Shown piece after piece: positions 18,549 through 27,814 of a stretch of 60,465 nt of DNA. Each line of letters begins with the position of its first letter. The first letter of the stretch is position 1. The position numbers and the translations under genes were made by a program. This stretch comes from a virus (Duplodnaviria > Heunggongvirae > Uroviricota > Caudoviricetes): positions 72,147-132,611 of the IMG/VR virus record IMGVR_UViG_3300031994_001875. One strand, 5' to 3'. The notes beneath the pieces were generated by a model that was not told the DNA's origin, made no database searches, and was given only the letters and a program-made list of their open reading frames with translations.

Positions 18549-18808
18549 TATTTTACCTCCATACACGAATAAGCATACTGCAACAACTCCGAATGGTAAG
18601 ATGAAGTATACATCCCAACATCGTTACAACCAAACATACACTGTTTTTCTTGAACGGAAAAATAGTATTTCATATCAGATGCTTTAGTAACAAATTCATA
18701 ACCAGCCTTTTCACAAGTTTCCTTTGAAGAAAAACCAGGAACAGTTGTTGTGCCAGAACCAGCTGCATGACCAGTGTGATATAATGTAAAAATAAGTAGA
18801 ACCCACAT
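18548..18808 (-). CDS. small secreted/membrane Cys-pair protein (paralog 1 of 3)
   Basis: MWVLL leader, FSSKETCEKAG, C-terminal SC. Confidence 0.7.
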   Translation of the reverse strand: MWVLLIFTLYHTGHAAGSGTTTVPGFSSKETCEKAGYEFVTKASDMKYYFSVQEKQCMFGCNDVGMYTSSYHSELLQYAYSCMEVK

Positions 18809-19056
18809 TATTTACCTTCCTTTTCTTCATAGTCCTTAAGTTTCAAATGTGCCTGGATAATAGACCACTTCACAAGATGATAAAAACCAAGGAAAAATCC
18901 AATACCAGCACCAACGGCTATAATAGCCCAATTTACATCATAAGCATTGTTAAGGCGAGCCGTAATCAAGTCACCAATCGCAAGTGCAAAAGCCGGAGCT
19001 GTAAATGCTGTGTAGATAATCCAGAATGCGTAAATTAGTTCGCTTTTGTTATTCAT
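18808..19056 (-). CDS. small two-TM membrane protein
   Basis: Start MNNKSEL with GGAG SD. Confidence 0.65.
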   Translation of the reverse strand: MNNKSELIYAFWIIYTAFTAPAFALAIGDLITARLNNAYDVNWAIIAVGAGIGFFLGFYHLVKWSIIQAHLKLKDYEEKEGK

Positions 19057-19459
19057 ACTTTTCTCCTTGTTTAAAGTCATTTTCAAGTTCAAGTTTTTTC
19101 AAATTTGAATTAAATTTTTTCTTCGCTTCTTCCAACACTCTGATACTCAACAAAGATATTTGGATTTCTTTTTCCAACTGTTCAGCATTGTAAATTTCAT
19201 TATATGGCTCAGGAAAAGTTATTTCTGTTTCGCCTTCACCATCTATAAATTGTGCCAAATTCAAAGATACATATCTGGAATATTTAACATGGTCTTCACC
19301 TGTACTATATCCAAACAAAAGCACTCGGTCATAATTTTCATCAACTGCATTTACACTCTTCACATAGCAGCGATAAAATGGTACTATATCATCATCTAAA
19401 ATGTCAAGTTCCAGTTCTGGAAATTTCGCACAAATGTTTCTAACCTGGTAATCTTCCAT
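19049..19459 (-). CDS. DF-tail family protein (extended tail)
   Basis: KLELENDF then KQGEKYE, which encodes the next SD. Confidence 0.75.
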   Translation of the reverse strand: MEDYQVRNICAKFPELELDILDDDIVPFYRCYVKSVNAVDENYDRVLLFGYSTGEDHVKYSRYVSLNLAQFIDGEGETEITFPEPYNEIYNAEQLEKEIQISLLSIRVLEEAKKKFNSNLKKLELENDFKQGEKYE

Positions 19460-19476
19460 TTGACTAACCCATCAGT

Positions 19477-19932
19477 TTAAACAACAGTGTTATCCTTAAT
19501 TAATTTTTCAACATATTCATCTAAAACTGGTTCATCAATAAGCTGAGGTTCATCAAATCCATCTGCATCTTCGTTTTCTTCCCAGTATTTATCTGATATC
19601 TTTTCTTTTTCCGCTTCCGCTTCATCAGCAACAGAAGTATTTCCAATCTTTATATCATACAAAGTCGGAAAGCCAAGTTCATTCAGATAATTACTACTAT
19701 GTTGTTGGTAATCTGCAGGAATAGTTGAATCAAATCCAAATGTTTTGACGTGACTCTTAATGAGATTAGGAAACTCAGGACCAGCTGACGGGAAAGATTC
19801 TTCTCTATCCCAAAAACGGATAGCTTCTTTCAAAATAGTTTTTGCTTCGGCTTCGGATACATCAAGCTTATCCCAGTTAAATTTCTGCTGAGAATTTATG
19901 TCAAAGTATGCCCATTGTAAATTAAGTAACAT
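19477..19932 (-). CDS. acidic hypothetical protein
   Basis: 151 aa, GGAG SD. Confidence 0.7.
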   Translation of the reverse strand: MLLNLQWAYFDINSQQKFNWDKLDVSEAEAKTILKEAIRFWDREESFPSAGPEFPNLIKSHVKTFGFDSTIPADYQQHSSNYLNELGFPTLYDIKIGNTSVADEAEAEKEKISDKYWEENEDADGFDEPQLIDEPVLDEYVEKLIKDNTVV

Positions 19933-19947
19933 TTTTGTTCTCCTGAA

Positions 19948-21063
19948 TTAAAATTCGTAACCACTAGCATATTTGCCGGTAGTGTTATCTTTCACAATCT
20001 TCGGAATAATCATACCACAGCGGCAAATCGTCACGGTGTGTCCGATTTCAATTCCCATTTCTTCCAAACAAGCAACATTACAGAGAGAAGCCCTCTTAAT
20101 CGTAGCACCCTGTAAATCAACAGGTTCAAGAATAGCCACAGGGGTCAATGTGCCATTCTTCATTTGCCATTCAATGTTTACAAGTTTCGTTTGTTTGTAA
20201 ACCTTGGCGGGCTTCAGTGCGATATTCGTCTTTGGGCGAGGATTTGTACGCATATCGTTCATGTCAATTTCGTTCTGCTTCCAAACGATACCGTCAATGT
20301 CATATTCCAAATCGTCAAACTTATCAAAAATTTCTTTGAGATAATCCATAGCCTTCTTGCCTGTGAGATTATCAAAGAACTTGTATTCCGCAACCTTGAA
20401 ACCATTCTTTTCAAAGAAATTAACGAGTTTTTCCTGAGTGCCAAATTCTTTGTTGTTGTCAAGATACTGAGCATCGTAAACAACCACATCCAATTTGTCG
20501 CAATCACTACCATCAAGGCGCTTCATTACACCCGTAGCAGTATTACGGCAGTTCTTGTATTTTCCCTTAAAATACTTTTCAAAATTCTTACGAGAAAGAA
20601 GAACTTCGCCACGAACAACGCCAGTATACTTTTCTTTGAGCTTCTTCGGCACATAGTTCATTTTGCTAACATTTTCTGTAACATCATCACCAGTAATACC
20701 ATCACCACGGGTCACAGCTTTCGTGTAAATGCCATCGTCATACCAAATTTCCAGGGAAGAACCATCCATCTTAAATCCGCCGAGAACCTTCTTGGGATTA
20801 ATGGTGGAAATCCAATCATTCATTTCAGTTTCTGTATTTGCTTTTGACTGAGAACCCATCAAAATTCGGTGTTCAACAGTATCAAAACCCTCGGTATGGT
20901 CAGCACCAATGAGAGTAGTCAAAAGGGGATTTTCAGGGTCAAGGGATTGGAGTTCATCAACAAGAGCATCAAACTCACCATCGGAAATTACCTCGTTTCC
21001 GTTATAGTACAGTTCCTGGTTTTTCTTGATTTCGTTTTCCAATTCTTTAATGCGATTTGCCAT
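19948..21063 (-). CDS. ligA: NAD-dependent DNA ligase, N-terminal half (adenylation + OB domains)
   Basis: YY..ISDGEFD domain Ia, KMDG active-site motif, TRGDG, RGEV, DIDGIV, RCGMIIPKI. Confidence 0.92.
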   Translation of the reverse strand: MANRIKELENEIKKNQELYYNGNEVISDGEFDALVDELQSLDPENPLLTTLIGADHTEGFDTVEHRILMGSQSKANTETEMNDWISTINPKKVLGGFKMDGSSLEIWYDDGIYTKAVTRGDGITGDDVTENVSKMNYVPKKLKEKYTGVVRGEVLLSRKNFEKYFKGKYKNCRNTATGVMKRLDGSDCDKLDVVVYDAQYLDNNKEFGTQEKLVNFFEKNGFKVAEYKFFDNLTGKKAMDYLKEIFDKFDDLEYDIDGIVWKQNEIDMNDMRTNPRPKTNIALKPAKVYKQTKLVNIEWQMKNGTLTPVAILEPVDLQGATIKRASLCNVACLEEMGIEIGHTVTICRCGMIIPKIVKDNTTGKYASGYEF

Positions 21064-21092
21064 ATTTTGACCTCTCTTTTATTTCTAGTTAT

Positions 21093-21158
21093 AATATAGA
21101 AAAAATTGGGTCATTTGTCAACCCAATTTTCGTGTAATAATGTAAAAAATAGTTTACA
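21093..21158 (-). promoter_or_regulatory. early promoter + terminator hairpin + operator
   Basis: TTGACA 21121-21116, 17 bp, TATATT 21098-21093; AAAATTGGGT/ACCCAATTTT stem; palindrome 21141-21158 (19 bp). Confidence 0.85.
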
Positions 21159-21159
21159 A

Positions 21160-21483
21160 TTAGAAATCTTCTTCTAATTCTTTTATATTCTTTTCTACTT
21201 CATGTTCTTTGTAACTTTTAATATACGATTCCGCAACAGCATTTAAATCGTAATTTAGTGGTTCATTTATATTTGTAACATAACTTTTGCTCTGACCCCA
21301 GTATGAATCATAAGCAATCATTTGGTTTCTACTATCAAATTCGTAAATAATGAAGTTTTCCAAAATTGGTGAATTTGGCAATTTGAAAAGATAACATGTT
21401 GGTTCAGGGTCACCTACCCATCCATGTAATACACATTCAAAACCTTTTGGTAATAAAATTTCTTTTAATTCGTCAATAGTCAT
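21160..21483 (-). CDS. DF-tail family protein
   Basis: ends IKELEEDF; operon-terminal. Confidence 0.8.
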   Translation of the reverse strand: MTIDELKEILLPKGFECVLHGWVGDPEPTCYLFKLPNSPILENFIIYEFDSRNQMIAYDSYWGQSKSYVTNINEPLNYDLNAVAESYIKSYKEHEVEKNIKELEEDF

Positions 21484-21923
21484 TATTTAAAATCCTTTTC
21501 TGCTTTGTTGAGTTTATTTTGAACAATCCTACTTTTTGCTTCTCTTATGGATTGTGGAATTATATTATTTTGGTTAATTAGCCAGTTTTCAAACTTATTC
21601 CAGTCAAACTTTTCAACCTTCAAAACATTCTTTCTGTCTTTATTTGGAAATAAGATACACCCAGTTTTTGATTTGGTTGGTACAAGTTCACTATAACAGA
21701 TATAGTATTTGTTCTCCCAATACTTAAATGATATGCTTACCATTGGTGAAATTCTATAAGAATATCCCTGAAGAACACCGGGTAATTCGTATGTAGTTTT
21801 TCCACCATACATCCACAAATGATAATCAGATCGTTTATTGTTATCATAATCTTTTATAAAATTATATTTAACACATAGTTCATTCATTTTGTCAATGAAT
21901 TTTTGGTCTATCATTCTAATCAT
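21483..21923 (-). CDS. DF-tail family protein
   Basis: ends LNKAEKDFK. Confidence 0.8.
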   Translation of the reverse strand: MIRMIDQKFIDKMNELCVKYNFIKDYDNNKRSDYHLWMYGGKTTYELPGVLQGYSYRISPMVSISFKYWENKYYICYSELVPTKSKTGCILFPNKDRKNVLKVEKFDWNKFENWLINQNNIIPQSIREAKSRIVQNKLNKAEKDFK

Positions 21924-22494
21924 TTACTACTCCCAAAGTAGAAAGTTTAACAGACTTCATATCGTCTTTTCTAATGTAATTTTTATCCAATCTCTCAGAT
22001 AGAAATTCACAAATTGGTTTAATGATTTGGATTTGTTCATCGGTAAAAATAAATTTCTTATTCACTACTTTATTATACCAAGCCATTAAGTCAGTTCCCA
22101 TTTCTTCGGAAGTAGCAGCCCAATCGGCACACATTTCGTACAAATAGGTTTCTTTCATTTGGGTACAATTCACACCCATAGAAACATAACTACTTTCTCC
22201 CCAGTATTCACAGTGGTGTTTATTGGTTCTGATATGCTCCATTACTACATAGTGAATTTTCAATTTGTCTTTTTCTGTAAGTGGACCTGGAATATATCTC
22301 AATGCTTGACGAACCAAATTTTTCAATTTTAGTTTGTCTTTATCGTGGTTCATAATTCTGTCAATGTCAATAAACTGTGGAGAAATCTTACCATAATGAA
22401 GAAGTTCAAAATAGAAATGCTGAACTCGCTTAATGTGTGTTTTGATTCGCTTTCTATATTTGAAACTGTATTTGATTATTTGAAATAACTTCAT
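21916..22494 (-). CDS. HD-like metal-binding protein (DUF5662-like)
   Basis: HIKRV, NHDKDK, NKHHCEYW, EMCADW pattern. Confidence 0.55.
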   Translation of the reverse strand: MKLFQIIKYSFKYRKRIKTHIKRVQHFYFELLHYGKISPQFIDIDRIMNHDKDKLKLKNLVRQALRYIPGPLTEKDKLKIHYVVMEHIRTNKHHCEYWGESSYVSMGVNCTQMKETYLYEMCADWAATSEEMGTDLMAWYNKVVNKKFIFTDEQIQIIKPICEFLSERLDKNYIRKDDMKSVKLSTLGVVND

Positions 22495-22757
22495 TAGATA
22501 AATTCCTTCTGTATCTTCAATTTTTCAAATTCTTCTTTTATTTTTAGAACTTGTGATTCTTCCCAACTGATTACAACGGCATTACCTTCTTTGTAAGAAA
22601 CATTTATTTCGTCTAAAAATTCTTTTTCCCAATTAGTAAGTTCACAAATGTCAGCATCAAACACATAATGTAAATCTTTGTCAATCTGTTTAATAATACG
22701 ATTTAACAGTTTCATTTTCATATTTAACTTACACAATTTTTCTAATCTACTCATCAA
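22494..22757 (-). CDS. DF-tail family variant (EF)
   Basis: ends LKIQKEFI. Confidence 0.7.
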   Translation of the reverse strand: MMSRLEKLCKLNMKMKLLNRIIKQIDKDLHYVFDADICELTNWEKEFLDEINVSYKEGNAVVISWEESQVLKIKEEFEKLKIQKEFI

Positions 22758-22983
22758 ATTCCTCTTGTATCTTCAGTTCTTCTTTTTGCATTCTTATAGA
22801 TTTTTTACCCAACTCATTTAATCTATGCCATTCCTGTTCAACTTCTAGTTTTTGGGTTTCTATTACATGACTGTCACCAAAGGTTTCTCGTCTAGTTTTT
22901 ATATTAGATTGCCACGATACAAACCCACTTATATAATTTCCATTACCGCGTCTAATTTGTTGTTTTATTTCTTGTATAGTCAT
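22747..22983 (-). CDS. DF-tail family variant (EF)
   Basis: ends LKIQEEFDE. Confidence 0.7.
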   Translation of the reverse strand: MTIQEIKQQIRRGNGNYISGFVSWQSNIKTRRETFGDSHVIETQKLEVEQEWHRLNELGKKSIRMQKEELKIQEEFDE

Positions 22984-23285
22984 TCAAAATCTTTCTTTAT
23001 TTCACGCTGGAGTAAAAGTTCTTTTGAGTGTTTAACCATGTTAATGAAAAATTCTTCGTCATATTCACCATCATTGGTTAAATAAAGTGAATTATCAGGA
23101 TAGTAAAAATCAAATGAGTTCCCATTTTTATCGTAAACATAACCACCATCTTTATCAATACAAATTTCAATGTATGGTGATTTACAAAACAAACTAGGAT
23201 AGGTTGATAAATCATCTTCATCAGGAGCAAACCCCATTTTTAATAGAGTTTGTCTTAAATGATTTTGTACATTTTGATTAAGCAT
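22980..23285 (-). CDS. DF-tail family protein
   Basis: ends QREIKKDFE. Confidence 0.8.
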   Translation of the reverse strand: MLNQNVQNHLRQTLLKMGFAPDEDDLSTYPSLFCKSPYIEICIDKDGGYVYDKNGNSFDFYYPDNSLYLTNDGEYDEEFFINMVKHSKELLLQREIKKDFE

Positions 23286-23875
23286 TAATGTTTATCCATT
23301 ATCTTGTGAAATTCTTCCAAATGTATCTTTTTAATATACGCATCTCGCTCTTCAGGATTGAGTGGAATACCGGCTTTTACTTTTTCTTCAGCGATTGCTA
23401 GAATAGCATTTTCCTTCTTTAGATTGGATTCCATTCTTTCAATCAATTCTTCAGCTTGTTTCTTCCCTTCATATCGGATTTTCTCAATGTCATTTTCTGT
23501 AAGAACATTCATATCGCAACCAAAAATCTGTCCAGTAGGCAATACTACCTTGTATTCATTACTATTGAATACAAATTCTTTGTATGTGTTTGCTTCCTTA
23601 ACATAAATCTTGTGCTTTGGCTTTTGGTATTCCGCCTGAGTATAGTTTATCTTGAACTTTTCAACATCTTCACATGTGTAAACAGTTGCTAAAAATTCAC
23701 TGGAATCAACATCGTTTTCTGTAACAAGAAATTCGTCTGGTACATTTGAACCATTGGGGATTTCTAACGGAATGTAACCATGCTGGACTAGAGTTATAGC
23801 CAGGCAACCACCCATAATAAGGGTAATCAACACAATGCCAAAAATAAAAGCACAATCTTTCCAAAAGTTTTTCAT
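23285..23875 (-). CDS. membrane-anchored hypothetical protein
   Basis: N-terminal TM, C-terminal coiled coil. Confidence 0.75.
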   Translation of the reverse strand: MKNFWKDCAFIFGIVLITLIMGGCLAITLVQHGYIPLEIPNGSNVPDEFLVTENDVDSSEFLATVYTCEDVEKFKINYTQAEYQKPKHKIYVKEANTYKEFVFNSNEYKVVLPTGQIFGCDMNVLTENDIEKIRYEGKKQAEELIERMESNLKKENAILAIAEEKVKAGIPLNPEERDAYIKKIHLEEFHKIMDKH

Positions 23876-23891
23876 TGTGGCATCTCCTTTG

Positions 23892-24236
23892 TTAGTCTTT
23901 GATTTTGTAGATTACGATAAACGCATCATGCGGTATCTTATACCATTCAGCATGAGTGAAATAAACACCATACATTTCATCAGCAAATCGTTTGATTTCT
24001 TTCTTTTCTTCACTATTGGTTTCTGTCTTGTAATCACCATAAGCCTGGGAAGCAGCCAAACAAACACCAGTTGTGTCAGTTTCAACTCGGTCTCTTCCAG
24101 CCATCTTCTTTGCGAACCATTCTCCCTTGAATGTTTCGGCAAAAATCGGTTCTTCAGGTTCATCACCAATACCATTGAAATTGCGGAAATAATCGTATGT
24201 TTCTTTGTTCTTCCAAATGTCAAGTCCAAATTCCAT
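23892..24236 (-). CDS. hypothetical protein, first gene after early promoter
   Basis: AGAGGT SD, 114 aa. Confidence 0.75.
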   Translation of the reverse strand: MEFGLDIWKNKETYDYFRNFNGIGDEPEEPIFAETFKGEWFAKKMAGRDRVETDTTGVCLAASQAYGDYKTETNSEEKKEIKRFADEMYGVYFTHAEWYKIPHDAFIVIYKIKD

Positions 24237-24264
24237 TGTTTACCTCTCTTTGTTTTATAACTAT

Positions 24265-24330
24265 AATATAGCAAAAAACACCCAAACTGTCAATAACAAT
24301 CTGGGGTTTTATTGTAAAATAATGTTTACA
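24265..24330 (-). promoter_or_regulatory. early promoter + operator
   Basis: TTGACA 24293-24288, 17 bp, TATATT 24270-24265; palindrome 24313-24330 (19 bp). Confidence 0.85.
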
Positions 24331-24333
24331 AAA

Positions 24334-24696
24334 CTAGAAATCTTCTTGGATTTTCTGTAAATTTTGGTTTACATTATAATCTTTTTCTTTCTTTAACATT
24401 TCGTATTGTGCTTGTGTAAGCAAATCTATACATTCCAATAAACGAACTTTGTTTAATTTACCAATGGGATAATTAAACAACTGAACTTCTGTTATGTTTT
24501 TATTTGTTGCTAAATCCACACTCATATAACCACCTGTCAAATTAGTATCTTCGTGGGTTACATAAAGATAAACTGAATGCTGAATTGGAAATTCTGCGTC
24601 TTCCAACTTTAATTCCCACATTGGAAAATATGGGTTAATTGTACAATTAAACAACTTGGATTTTAATACCAATTTTCTAATTTCTTCTACTGTCAT
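24334..24696 (-). CDS. DF-tail family protein
   Basis: ends LQKIQEDF; operon-terminal. Confidence 0.8.
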   Translation of the reverse strand: MTVEEIRKLVLKSKLFNCTINPYFPMWELKLEDAEFPIQHSVYLYVTHEDTNLTGGYMSVDLATNKNITEVQLFNYPIGKLNKVRLLECIDLLTQAQYEMLKKEKDYNVNQNLQKIQEDF

Positions 24697-25064
24697 TCAA
24701 AATCCTTGCTTGCTAATTCTAGTTGAATACTGTTTAACAATTCTTTTTCTTTAATTGTTATTATATTCTTTTGAGCTGCAAATTTAGCCAAATGTTTTCT
24801 TAAAACAGATTCTTTCAATTTTTCTAATTTAAAACTGAATACAGTATCACCATCACTATATTTGTTCGCTTTTGTATCAGGGTACCAAATAGACCATTTA
24901 CCACTAACTTCTTCTTCATTCACAACAACATAATAAGAATAAGTAAAACCGGGTAGTTCTTCAATAGTACCCTTAGCATCAAAATAAATCCCAAAAAAAG
25001 ACCCAGTATCTTTCTTAAATAATTTCGTGCTATTTACAATCTGTGCTGCGTGTGCTGATTTCAT
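24693..25064 (-). CDS. DF-tail family protein
   Basis: ends LELASKDFE. Confidence 0.8.
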   Translation of the reverse strand: MKSAHAAQIVNSTKLFKKDTGSFFGIYFDAKGTIEELPGFTYSYYVVVNEEEVSGKWSIWYPDTKANKYSDGDTVFSFKLEKLKESVLRKHLAKFAAQKNIITIKEKELLNSIQLELASKDFE

Positions 25065-25411
25065 TTAAAATCCTTATTTATCTTTTTCAGTTCAATTTTT
25101 TCTCTACATTTCTGTATTTTGTTTATTATCTTTCCAATATGATTTCGTGCTTGTTCATAACTCTTTACATCTACCAAACAACCAGCCACAACATTTACAC
25201 CAATGTTAATGTCGGAATAATCAGTTAATTTGGTTGCTACATAAAAACTAGAAAAACACCCATTTTCACAAATGCGAAGCATTTCTACACTATCACCAGG
25301 GTTATATTCATATCTCGCAGAATAGATTTTATATCCTTCATCAAAAACACGAACTTTCATACCAAATTCGTCAATCAGTTTATGCCACATTTCATTCTTA
25401 ATCTTCATCAT
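25061..25411 (-). CDS. DF-tail family protein
   Basis: ends LKKINKDFK. Confidence 0.8.
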   Translation of the reverse strand: MMKIKNEMWHKLIDEFGMKVRVFDEGYKIYSARYEYNPGDSVEMLRICENGCFSSFYVATKLTDYSDINIGVNVVAGCLVDVKSYEQARNHIGKIINKIQKCREKIELKKINKDFK

Positions 25412-25763
25412 TACAGAAATCCCAACTGAGTTCAGTTTCCAAAATCTTTGTTTTCAACTCTTTCAATAGTTCCATTTGTTCATCAAGAAACCTTTTGAGT
25501 TTATGTGGTTTTGAAAACTTTTTCTCACAACCCCAACCAGCTATTTCATAATCCAAAACATAGCCATCAACACTCATTACAGGACTAATAGGATATACGG
25601 CTGCCGTACCTGGGATAACACCCCATCTATCTTTTTTATAAAATTCAATGTACTGCATTGGCTTGTTATATCTGTTTGGAATTCTCACGAAAATATAATT
25701 TTCCTGATTATCCATTTCAAAGCCGTATGTTTCTATTATAGATGTAAATTCTTGTTCTGTCAT
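25398..25763 (-). CDS. DF-tail family protein (extended tail)
   Basis: ends ETELSWDFCNDED. Confidence 0.75.
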   Translation of the reverse strand: MTEQEFTSIIETYGFEMDNQENYIFVRIPNRYNKPMQYIEFYKKDRWGVIPGTAAVYPISPVMSVDGYVLDYEIAGWGCEKKFSKPHKLKRFLDEQMELLKELKTKILETELSWDFCNDED

Positions 25764-26128
25764 AGATTATCCATAGCAATTTTTATTAATTCAATTCTTT
25801 CCTGTAATCTCTTATATTCAACTGAGAGTTTCTTGGCTAATTCCAAAGCCGGTTCAATTTCTTCAAACATAACTTCATTAAAGAAACAAATACCAAAATT
25901 CAATGTCTTTTCACCCTTAAGAAATTTGTCTTGTTCTGTAATGTATAACTGTGAACTATTACAAATCTTAAAAATTGTCTCCTTCATTCCAGTACAACGA
26001 TACTCACCGATACTAATGCGACCATCTGGTGCAGGAAGAAAAATGTTAAAATTTTTCTTTGACTGTCCCTGGTAAAAACATTCAAACCCTTCTTTTTCAA
26101 ACAGTTTCTTAATATCGGCGGTTTTCAT
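25760..26128 (-). CDS. DF-family-like protein with degenerate tail
   Basis: FEKEGF N-helix cap; ends LIKIAMDNL. Confidence 0.7.
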   Translation of the reverse strand: MKTADIKKLFEKEGFECFYQGQSKKNFNIFLPAPDGRISIGEYRCTGMKETIFKICNSSQLYITEQDKFLKGEKTLNFGICFFNEVMFEEIEPALELAKKLSVEYKRLQERIELIKIAMDNL

Positions 26129-26634
26129 TAGTTAAAATCCTCTTGTAAACTATGTAGGAAAATTTGTTCTTTTAGTTCATTAAGATGTTCATTGTAAAAT
26201 GTAATAAAATCTTCTATTTTTTCAAACCCAACACTGATATGTTTTTCTGTATTGTAGTAACAGAAATACTTACCATCAGTAGCATCTGGGTCATATTCAA
26301 ACTTTACAGTTCCATTCAAAATGGAATAACCATTCTTCATATTTCTTCCATAACTAGAAACATTGGCACCGCAAGCCTTGAGTTCAACCATATTGTCAAA
26401 ACCCCACTGTTCCCAGGAACGCAAATTCATAATAAACGCATTTGGACTTGGTGGAGCAGGCCTACGAATTGACGGTTTTGGTGATGGTGATTTCTTTGGT
26501 AGTGGCTTTTTAACCACTGGTGTTGGCTTAGGAACCTTGGGTTCTTTCTTCGGTTCCACGAATTTATCAGTCTTAATCACAATAGCAGCGATTGCGATAA
26601 AGATAACGAATAAGATAAAATAAATTAGATTCAT
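26128..26634 (-). CDS. membrane-anchored DF-tail protein
   Basis: N-terminal TM, Pro/Lys linker, ends LHSLQEDFN. Confidence 0.8.
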   Translation of the reverse strand: MNLIYFILFVIFIAIAAIVIKTDKFVEPKKEPKVPKPTPVVKKPLPKKSPSPKPSIRRPAPPSPNAFIMNLRSWEQWGFDNMVELKACGANVSSYGRNMKNGYSILNGTVKFEYDPDATDGKYFCYYNTEKHISVGFEKIEDFITFYNEHLNELKEQIFLHSLQEDFN

Positions 26635-26984
26635 GTGAAGTCCTTTATCATTTTAAGTTTTTCTATTAGTTCTTTCCCTTTTGAAATTTCGTAGTTTAAT
26701 TTTCGCAAGATATACATTCCAGCAGCATAATCACATACACTATTACTATTAAATGAGATGTTTATATGAGTTTGTTCAGTTCCCATACAACATGTAAAAT
26801 GAACACATGCTTCTGTACATATTTCAAATTTTAATTTTTTTACATCAAATTCGCCAACCCTAGATTCTTCAAAATAAATTAGGATAAAATCCGAACTGTA
26901 ATATCGTTCACTTGTAAATCCTAATTCACTAAATTCTTCGGCATACTTGTTAAATTCATCATTAGTCATTAAAGTCCTCTTCAA
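26631..26984 (-). CDS. DF-tail family protein
   Basis: ends LKMIKDFT. Confidence 0.8.
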   Translation of the reverse strand: MKRTLMTNDEFNKYAEEFSELGFTSERYYSSDFILIYFEESRVGEFDVKKLKFEICTEACVHFTCCMGTEQTHINISFNSNSVCDYAAGMYILRKLNYEISKGKELIEKLKMIKDFT

Positions 26985-27432
26985 TTTTATCCAATGATTT
27001 ATACATTTTATCCAAACGAGATGCTTTTAACACTCTTGTTAAATTTTCTTCCAAAAATGCCATCAACTGTTGTTCAGTATAATCTTCAGGAATTGTTTGG
27101 GTCTTGTGTTCGCTCAAATCACTATTAAAAGAAGTATGTTCTTTTTTATTATCATAGTTCACATCCCAAATATCAATTTTCTTCGGTTTAGTAGATACAT
27201 AGTCGGTAAAAATGATTTTAGTCCAGCAAGTGGCTACATAAATTTTGTTTCCGATTCTCGGATTACAATCCATCATATAGCCATACCAACGCACAGCTCC
27301 CAATGGTCTGTATTGGTGTTCATTGTGGTAGATGAAATCGCAGTGACCAACATCCCAGTCAATGTTGGTTTCAATTCCCAAACTATCGCACAGTTTTACA
27401 ATCTTCTTTTCTAATCGTTTATTCCACTTCAT
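26962..27432 (-). CDS. DF-tail family protein
   Basis: ends LDKIEEDFND. Confidence 0.8.
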   Translation of the reverse strand: MKWNKRLEKKIVKLCDSLGIETNIDWDVGHCDFIYHNEHQYRPLGAVRWYGYMMDCNPRIGNKIYVATCWTKIIFTDYVSTKPKKIDIWDVNYDNKKEHTSFNSDLSEHKTQTIPEDYTEQQLMAFLEENLTRVLKASRLDKMYKSLDKIEEDFND

Positions 27433-27435
27433 AAT

Positions 27436-27801
27436 TTACTTATTCTTGTACTTCTTAACGAGATAATTGTCACGGGTACGGTTCAAACGTCTTAAATTGT
27501 CTTTCAAATCTTCATCAATTAGATTACAAATTCGCTTTGATTCGTCATCCAATGCCTTCTCCACACAATTTGCATTTAGAACAATTTCATTCTTTACAGA
27601 CTTGATGTCCTTTTCAAGAAGATAAATGTGAAAATCCGGGTCGGTATAGAAACCAATAATGTAAAACCCACCCAAAATCAAAAATACCCATCCACTGATT
27701 CGGAATTTCAAAGTTTCACTATCTGTTGCCATACAAATACCGAGAACAATCATAAAAATTGCCCATACCAAACCCAATGTTGCGAGTCCTGAAAGTTCCA
27801 T
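27436..27801 (-). CDS. two-TM protein with Cys-pair helical hairpin
   Basis: 2 TM, C-x12-C, ends YLVKKYKNK. Confidence 0.7.
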   Translation of the reverse strand: MELSGLATLGLVWAIFMIVLGICMATDSETLKFRISGWVFLILGGFYIIGFYTDPDFHIYLLEKDIKSVKNEIVLNANCVEKALDDESKRICNLIDEDLKDNLRRLNRTRDNYLVKKYKNK

Positions 27802-27814
27802 AGTTCTTTCTCCT

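Noticed and set aside
5214-18566. Track start sites for 5214-5603, 6295-6795, 14867-15478, 18081-18566
   Set aside because: The extensions run through promoters or upstream genes; downstream ATGs with SD or coupling are better.
12492-21063. Ligase halves as pseudogene debris
   Set aside because: Both are uninterrupted, keep catalytic and Zn-binding residues, are exactly complementary and have their own promoters.
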